In this document: positions 20,007 through 25,877 of the stretch, piece after piece
Layout of the letters: every line of letters starts with the position of its first letter
Position numbering within the stretch: the stretch's first letter is position 1
NCBI GenBank assembly: GCA_030647775.1
Contig: JAUSJC010000010.1
Span: forward strand, 200,718 to 264,717
Length of the DNA stretch: 64,000 nt
Source: Candidatus Curtissbacteria bacterium
Lineage (GTDB): Bacteria; Patescibacteriota; Microgenomatia; Curtissbacterales; GWA2-41-24
Direction of reading: 5' to 3'
The notes under the pieces: generated by a model
Told to the model about the DNA's origin: nothing
Databases searched by the model: none
What the model saw: only the letters and a program-made list of their open reading frames with translations
Program-made: the position numbers and the translations under genes

Positions 20007-20636
20007 TTATGCAAGAGATTTAATCAGTTCAGGTAATTTCTCGAATTGTGAAGTAATTGCATCTACGTTTTTATACTGACTTTGTGAAAAAATAATCACC
20101 TTCATGCCTGCAGCTTTCCCTGCAACAATGTCGTTTTCGACGTCGCCAATATAAACTGCTTCTCTGGGACTTATATTTAGCTTTTGACATGCCAGAAGAA
20201 GCGGTTCTGGATGAGGTTTATGGTTAATAGTGTCTTGATAGGAGATTGTAACCTTAAAATACTTTTGTAATTTTGCAAGGGCAGGAGCTTCGTAAACACT
20301 TTCTTTAATCCGACTTGTAACAATCCCAAGAGAATATATTTTGCTTAAAGTTTCGATGACTTCCCCTGCCTTTTCAGGCATAGTCAACAATTCAAGATGA
20401 TATTTTATTTTACGACTTCGTCCTGTTTCCCATATTTGTTTAATTTCTTCATCTGAGGTGGATTTTGTAAGAGTTTTGATTGCGTCCATCATGCTCAAAT
20501 GAAAAATCGGGGGAAATTCTTCTCTTGTTGGTGGTCGATAACCAACTTTCGTCATTAAATCTTGAAAGAATTTTAAGTTTGCCTCAAATGAATTAAGTAA
20601 AACGCCATCAATATCAAAAACTACCGCTTTTATCAC
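20007..20636 (-). CDS. HAD-superfamily hydrolase
   Basis: FDIDGVL, KPHPEP, GDVENDI. Confidence 0.9.
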   Translation of the reverse strand: MIKAVVFDIDGVLLNSFEANLKFFQDLMTKVGYRPPTREEFPPIFHLSMMDAIKTLTKSTSDEEIKQIWETGRSRKIKYHLELLTMPEKAGEVIETLSKIYSLGIVTSRIKESVYEAPALAKLQKYFKVTISYQDTINHKPHPEPLLLACQKLNISPREAVYIGDVENDIVAGKAAGMKVIIFSQSQYKNVDAITSQFEKLPELIKSLA

Positions 20637-20672
20637 AACGTTATTATAGCAGAGTTTGAAGCTAAATGAGGG

Positions 20673-20743
20673 CTGCGGGACTAGGATTCGAACCTAGATA
20701 AACGGATCCAGAATCCGTTGTCCTACCATTAGACGATCCCGCA
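20673..20743 (-). tRNA. tRNA-Gln (CTG)
   Basis: TGCGGGA/TCCCGCA acceptor stem, ACGGA-TTCTGGA-TCCGT anticodon arm, GGTTCGAATCC T-loop. Confidence 0.95.
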
Positions 20744-20746
20744 AAG

Positions 20747-21013
20747 CTACCTACTTAATTGCTTTAAACTATTTTCAATCTTTCCTTTTAAGACTTCTCT
20801 CCCGTAACCAGATTTGTAAAACTTTTCTTGTTTAAGTGCGTCCTCTTCAGTTAAAAATGCTTCATAAAATACAAGTTTATACGGCCTATTATCTCTAGTA
20901 TATTTGCCTCCAATTCCGTCGTTATGCTCTCTAAACCTGCGCCTTAAATCATTTGTTGATCCTGTATATAATCTTTTATTCTTCAGACTTAATAAAACAT
21001 AAACGTAATACAT
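20747..21013 (-). CDS. Stand-alone GIY-YIG endonuclease, 88 aa
   Basis: MYYVYVL..LYTGSTNDLRRR..H..EKFYKSGYGR. Confidence 0.9.
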   Translation of the reverse strand: MYYVYVLLSLKNKRLYTGSTNDLRRRFREHNDGIGGKYTRDNRPYKLVFYEAFLTEEDALKQEKFYKSGYGREVLKGKIENSLKQLSR

Positions 21014-21018
21014 AAAAG

Positions 21019-21083
21019 TCCGTTGTCCCTGCCTCATCGGCAGGTCGCCGAAGAGGCGACTACCATTAGACGATCCCGCAAAG
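21019..21083 (-). pseudogene. Duplicated 5' half of tRNA-Gln interrupted by two mini-palindromes
   Basis: Matches 20714-20746 apart from an insert at 21029-21059. Confidence 0.85.
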
Positions 21084-21320
21084 TTAAATCCTTCTTTTCA
21101 AATATGCTCTACCAAAACCTGTTTTTAATTGTTTTTCTCTTCATATAGCTTTTTCCTTAGACAAACACGCTTCGTAGTAAATCAAAATTAATGGAACTCT
21201 ATTTTTTGTTGAGACAACTAGTTCTTGATTGTGAGCTTTTACTCTTTTTTCTAGATTGTCAGTCCAACCTGTGTATAAATTTCCATCCGTTTTGCTTTTT
21301 AACACATAGGTAAAGTACAT
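21084..21320 (-). pseudogene. Second GIY-YIG endonuclease with an in-frame TGA
   Basis: MYFTYVLKS..LYTGWTDNL..KEKAI*REKQLKTGFGRAYLKRRI*. Confidence 0.85.
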
Positions 21321-21408
21321 ACCATTAGACCTGCCCGCAATGCTACGCTCGCCAGAAACGCTGTATCTACTGCGAGCTGGCATAGCGTTGCAGGCGGGCG
21401 ACTCCGCA
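21320..21408 (-). pseudogene. tRNA-Gln-like 5' fragment split by a 69-bp nested family C element
   Basis: Minus strand tgcggagtcg[element 21330-21398]tctaatggta. Confidence 0.75.
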
Positions 21409-21488
21409 TCGCATTAAGATTTTAGCATTTTTAGCCTGCTTTGGATAATTTTGTTAAATTTCTTGAACTTGCTATAGTAGAAGTGTAA

Positions 21489-22055
21489 ATGGCCGGTTCA
21501 AGAGCAGAATTCGTCAAACAAATTCCCGAAACTAAACTTTCCCGCCTGCTTTTTGCGGACACCCGCCTGGCAGTCATTTGGCTTATTATCAGGGTTTATG
21601 TTGGCTGGCAATGGTTTTTTGCCGGTTATGAAAAAGTTATCAGTCCTGCTTGGACAGGGGATAAAACCGGAATGGCGCTCAAAGGTTTTCTTGCCGGGGC
21701 CATTTCCAAGGCTTCCGGTCCGCATCCCGATGTCCAGGATTGGTACGCAGCCTTCTTAAACGGTTTTGTGCTCCAGCACACGACACTTTTTTCCTATATG
21801 GTCGCCTACGGTGAACTTTTAGTTGGTATTGCTCTTATTCTTGGAGTTTTTACGGGAGTGGCGGCCTTTTTTGGAGCTTTTATGAATATGAACTACCTCC
21901 TTGCCGGTACCGTTAGCACAAATCCTATTTTGTTATTGCTCGAAATCCCAATTATTATCGGTTGGCGGGTTGCCGGCTGGTTTGGGCTGGATCGTTTCAT
22001 TTTGTCAAAATTTGGAGTTCCCTGGCACCCCGGACCATTTTTCAGGAAAAAGTAG
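21489..22055 (+). CDS. DoxX/TQO family membrane protein
   Basis: RVYVGWQW..G.EK, GELLVGIAL, AGTVSTNP, G.D. Confidence 0.85.
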   Translation: MAGSRAEFVKQIPETKLSRLLFADTRLAVIWLIIRVYVGWQWFFAGYEKVISPAWTGDKTGMALKGFLAGAISKASGPHPDVQDWYAAFLNGFVLQHTTLFSYMVAYGELLVGIALILGVFTGVAAFFGAFMNMNYLLAGTVSTNPILLLLEIPIIIGWRVAGWFGLDRFILSKFGVPWHPGPFFRKK

Positions 22056-22062
22056 TAAATAT

Positions 22063-22392
22063 ATGGATTTAACCAGCCAAAAATGCGTCCCATGCGAAGG
22101 CGGCACCAAACCAATGACGCAAGATGAGACAAAGCCATATCTGGAAGAGGTCAAAGATTGGCAAGTCGTAAAGCCAAAAGGGATAGACACACTAAGAAGA
22201 GAATTTAAGTTTAAAGATTTCAAAGAAGCTTTAAACTTTGTCAATAAAATTGGCGAGATTGCCGAAGAAGAAGGCCATCATCCGGATATCGAACTGGGGT
22301 GGGGGAAGGTCAAAGTCGAACTTTCCACGCACGCCATCGGCGGCCTATCCGTTAACGACTTCATTCTTGCTGCCAAGATCGATAAAATCTAA
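22063..22392 (+). CDS. Pterin-4-alpha-carbinolamine dehydratase
   Basis: KCVPCEGG, EGHHPD, STHAIGGLSVNDFILAAKID; ATG at 22063. Confidence 0.92.
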   Translation: MDLTSQKCVPCEGGTKPMTQDETKPYLEEVKDWQVVKPKGIDTLRREFKFKDFKEALNFVNKIGEIAEEEGHHPDIELGWGKVKVELSTHAIGGLSVNDFILAAKIDKI

Positions 22393-22989
22393 AACCCGCT
22401 CCTCCGTCACTACAAAATCCATTTTTAGATCATGGTTTTCTCTCGGGATCACATCGACTATTTGCAGCTCATATGCCAGTCCAACGCGAACCGCCTTGCT
22501 TTTTGCAAATAGCGTGTCAAACACTCCCTTACCGTATCCCAGTCTCACACCATTCTTATCAAAAGCCACACCGGGGAAAAATGCCAAATCGATTTTACCC
22601 GTGTCGATCATCCCGCCGCTCTTTGGCTCGAGTATTCCCAGCGGTCCTTCTTTTAGATCGCCCCAGCCGCGAAACCGCGCTAATTGATATTCATCAGTCT
22701 CTTTTAAATACTTGGGAAGATAAACCTCCACACCAGCTTCGACAAAAAAATTGATAATATCGTGAGTTTCCACCTCGTTTTTTATTGGTAAATAGAGAGA
22801 AACTCTGTTTCCGGTAGAAAAAATACTGCTCCCAATGATTTTTTTGGTGATTGCTAAGCTTTTCGCGCGAACCTTGCTCGCTGAAAGCTCTACCCTTTGG
22901 GCAATTATCTGTTTTCTAACCCCATTTTTATTTCGAGTAATCGAGAAATAAGCTCTCTTATCCATAAGCCCATTATACATTAGCTTCAA
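22345..22989 (-). CDS. 5-formyltetrahydrofolate cyclo-ligase; start may be further downstream
   Basis: GILEP, PGVAFD..G.RLGYGKG.FD, HD..MD.VVTE. Confidence 0.9.
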   Translation of the reverse strand: MKLMYNGLMDKRAYFSITRNKNGVRKQIIAQRVELSASKVRAKSLAITKKIIGSSIFSTGNRVSLYLPIKNEVETHDIINFFVEAGVEVYLPKYLKETDEYQLARFRGWGDLKEGPLGILEPKSGGMIDTGKIDLAFFPGVAFDKNGVRLGYGKGVFDTLFAKSKAVRVGLAYELQIVDVIPRENHDLKMDFVVTEERVLDFIDLGSKNEVVNG

Positions 22990-23106
22990 ATGGGTAAAAT
23001 AATGAGCCTTGAATAAGCGGAGCTTTTCTACGAATAAGCAAAGCTTTTCTTCGAATAAATATTTGGCTCACTTGCCAAAACAAAGTCTTAAAATTAGAAT
23101 TATGGA

Positions 23107-24186
23107 ATGCTCTTCACCCTTTGGGCCCGCCTCTCGTATTTTCTTGGAGATTTCGCTCTTTATTTAATCCTGTTATCAGTCTCTCTTGCTTTGGTGGTTT
23201 TTGGATCTTACAAAGTTTACAAGTCCGATTTTACCGAAAAGAAAAAGAAAATTGCGCTTGCCGTCATTTTTGTAGTCTTTTTCCTGATTTTAGTCTTTAG
23301 CGCCTTCGAAGCCTACTTCCGCTACAGGTATGACCAGTCAGACGGCTTGGGGTTTCTGAAGGTTAACGCCCGCTGGCAGGCCAGACACGTCGTTTTTAAT
23401 AGCGATTTTTTTAGGGACAGGAATTTTGGGGATAAAAAAGAGGGGACTAAAAGAATTTGCGCCATCGGTGATTCTGTAACCTTGGGCGGAGGCATTAAAA
23501 ATACGAGCGACAGGTTTACGAATCTTCTGGAAAAAGAACTCCGTGCGGCAAACTACAATGCCGAAGTCTACAATCTCGGCAAATCGGGCTACGACACCGA
23601 CGGTGAAAAGGCAATTTACGAAAGTACGAAATTTTTAAATTGCGACATTATCATTTGGGCGTATTTTTTAAACGATGTTCAGCCGCAGGGCGCTTCAACC
23701 GGGTCACCGATAATTTCCGCCGAAAGCCGTACCACAAAACTCGTCGCTTTCGTTTCCAATCACTCTTATTTTTTCGATTATCTATATTGGAGACTTTCTG
23801 CCAGGTACGAAAAGACTTTCGGCGAGCTAAGAAATGCCGACCTTGGAGCATACCAAAACCCGCAGGTATTCGAGAGCCACAAAAAAACAGTTATTTCATG
23901 GCTAGGAGAGATGAAGGCGGATAATAAAAAAGTTGTTGTCATCATTTTTCCGTTTGTCCATTTGCTTCCGAACTATCCGGCCGTAGAGATTCATCAGGAA
24001 TTGTGGGGAATTTTCAGAGAAAATGGAGCCGACGGGACTGTTGACCTTTTAGATTACCTAAAAGGCAAAAATGCCAAAGATCTTGTCGCCAGCAAATTTG
24101 ATAACCATCCCAATGAATATGTCCACAAACTGGCCGCCGAAAAACTATTTGAAACAGTAGCCCCGCTTCTTGAAAAAACCAACTAA
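23107..24186 (+). CDS. Membrane-anchored SGNH/GDSL hydrolase
   Basis: GDSVT.G, N.GKSG, LND, DNHPN. Confidence 0.85.
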   Translation: MLFTLWARLSYFLGDFALYLILLSVSLALVVFGSYKVYKSDFTEKKKKIALAVIFVVFFLILVFSAFEAYFRYRYDQSDGLGFLKVNARWQARHVVFNSDFFRDRNFGDKKEGTKRICAIGDSVTLGGGIKNTSDRFTNLLEKELRAANYNAEVYNLGKSGYDTDGEKAIYESTKFLNCDIIIWAYFLNDVQPQGASTGSPIISAESRTTKLVAFVSNHSYFFDYLYWRLSARYEKTFGELRNADLGAYQNPQVFESHKKTVISWLGEMKADNKKVVVIIFPFVHLLPNYPAVEIHQELWGIFRENGADGTVDLLDYLKGKNAKDLVASKFDNHPNEYVHKLAAEKLFETVAPLLEKTN

Positions 24187-24190
24187 AAAA

Positions 24191-24589
24191 TTACTTGCCC
24201 TTTTTCATCGAACCCGTAGCCTTAACAACACCCCATTGGACCAGTGTCAGGACGACTCCGATAATCGCAACATAGACAAGACTCGAAATCCCTAGGCCTA
24301 AGACCAGAGCGAACCTTTTTATCAGCCACAGCGCCGTGACGTTATAAACAAGGTATATGAGCCCCCAAATGTTTTGGTTTGTCACCTTGTAGCCCGATCT
24401 CTTAACCGCCGGTTCGACAACAAGCATTAAAGTTGTCAGGACGAACCCGGCAATCACAGCCGCCATGGGCGTAGACACCTTATCGTTGCCTAAAACGACA
24501 TTGCCTACGAGTATTAAAGAGGCAGCCAAAAATACCAGGGAATTGGCTATCCAAAGGCTAAAAAAGCTAATTAATTTCTGATTACTCAT
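24191..24589 (-). CDS. Four-TM membrane protein
   Basis: Hydrophobic ORF with GGAGGTGA SD upstream. Confidence 0.75.
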   Translation of the reverse strand: MSNQKLISFFSLWIANSLVFLAASLILVGNVVLGNDKVSTPMAAVIAGFVLTTLMLVVEPAVKRSGYKVTNQNIWGLIYLVYNVTALWLIKRFALVLGLGISSLVYVAIIGVVLTLVQWGVVKATGSMKKGK

Positions 24590-24692
24590 AAAATCACCTC
24601 CTTTTCCTCCAGTGTAGCAAAATAAGCCGTTGTATTCTAGCTTGAGTAGCCTTGCTATTGGCCCGTGGCATGTAATATAGTTAGGCTAGCAA

Positions 24693-24995
24693 ATGGTTTC
24701 CCAGGAAGAAGTTATCAAAAAATTACGGCTTTGCCTTGATCCGGAGTTAGGTTTAAACATAGTCGATCTGGGTCTTGTCTACGGCGTAAATATCGAAGGC
24801 GCCAAAGTTAACGTTCTCATGACTCTAACCACCCCGGGGTGTCCGCTTGATTCTTATTTTGTCCGGGACATTACAGATAAACTCAAATCACTTAAAGGTA
24901 TTTCCGATGTTTCCGTGGAACTCACATTCGAACCGTCCTGGAGTCCGGATAAGATGTCCGAAGAGTCCAAAGACCTTCTGGGGTTTGTAAACTGA
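24693..24995 (+). CDS. DUF59/SufT-like metal-sulfur cluster assembly factor
   Basis: DPELGLNIVDLGLVY, TLTTPGCP, FEPSW. Confidence 0.9.
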   Translation: MVSQEEVIKKLRLCLDPELGLNIVDLGLVYGVNIEGAKVNVLMTLTTPGCPLDSYFVRDITDKLKSLKGISDVSVELTFEPSWSPDKMSEESKDLLGFVN

Positions 24996-25244
24996 CCCCT
25001 GCCCCTCAAATTCGCACCTTGAGCCGTGTATGCCTGCCCGCCTCTGGAGGGAATAATACTGGAAAGACGAAAGGGAAGAATTGTGGGGTTGACCTTCGCC
25101 TTTTCTTCGGGTATCATCAAACCTACAATACAAATTTAAATCTGGCTTTGCCAGTTTAAATTTACCCAATGAGGGAAAGAGAAATATTAAGGCAGATATC
25201 CGCAGGTTGTCTCCTTAAAGTGTCTTAAATTGCCCACTTGACAA

Positions 25245-25292
25245 GAACTATATCTAGTGTCTAATGTGGAATTAGACCACAATATATTGTGC
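25245..25292. promoter_or_regulatory. Tandem NrdR boxes overlapping a promoter (TTGACA at 25238)
   Basis: gaactatatctagtgt (25245) and ccacaatatattgtgc (25277), 32 bp apart, upstream of nrdR-nrdJ. Confidence 0.85.
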
Positions 25293-25407
25293 TTTTGGCA
25301 AATTCGTGAAATAATCCCGTCCCGTTTGACGGGAGCAGTCTGCAAAAGTCAGAAGTACATTTTCATATAAAAGGGCAGTATAAATTAATGTGTAAGGGAA
25401 AGCTAAC

Positions 25408-25872
25408 GTGATTTGTCCGTTTTGCGGTTTCGAAAAGACTTCGGTTGTCGACAAACGTGAAGGCACAAGCGGAAAAACAACAAGGCGCAGGCGCTCTTGT
25501 CTTAAATGCGGCCGCCGGTTTACAACTTTTGAAAGGGTTGAGACGCTTGATCTTTTAGTTATTAAAAAAGACGGCAAAAGGGAAATTTTTGACCGTTCAA
25601 AGTTAAGAAGCGGCGTAATCAAATCTTGTGAAAAACGGCCGGTTTCGGCCGACGATATTGAAAAATTAATAGACGAAGTTGAAGGTGAGCTAAGACGCGA
25701 CGGCAAAGACGAGATTTTGTCAAAAAGGGTAGGTGAGCTTGTCATCCGCAAGCTCAAAAAATTAGATGAGATTGCCTACATCAGGTTTGCATCGGTTTAC
25801 AGGCAATTTGCAGATCTTTCGGATTTTGAAAAAGAACTGGCAAAATTATCAAAAGGTTTAAAAAACAGCTAA
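25408..25872 (+). CDS. nrdR: Transcriptional repressor NrdR
   Basis: CPFC, RRRRSC..C..RFTTFE, ATP cone, AYIRFASVY. Confidence 0.97.
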   Translation: MICPFCGFEKTSVVDKREGTSGKTTRRRRSCLKCGRRFTTFERVETLDLLVIKKDGKREIFDRSKLRSGVIKSCEKRPVSADDIEKLIDEVEGELRRDGKDEILSKRVGELVIRKLKKLDEIAYIRFASVYRQFADLSDFEKELAKLSKGLKNS

Positions 25873-25877
25873 ACAAA

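Noticed and set aside
21141-21143. TGA recoding (genetic code 25/4)
   Set aside because: TGA terminates several clear genes and no housekeeping gene has internal TGAs.
20673-21408. CRISPR array or tRNA intron reading of the 24-bp repeats
   Set aside because: The repeats are tRNA 5' sequence separated by ~300-bp ORFs, there are no cas genes, and the downstream tRNA is already complete.
21901-22062. Extended start of the pterin dehydratase ORF
   Set aside because: Overlaps doxX out of frame; family similarity begins at 22063.
25297-25400. Cobalamin or c-di-GMP riboswitch before nrdR-nrdJ
   Set aside because: Only one short hairpin (tcccgtc..gacggga); conserved aptamer cores not found.
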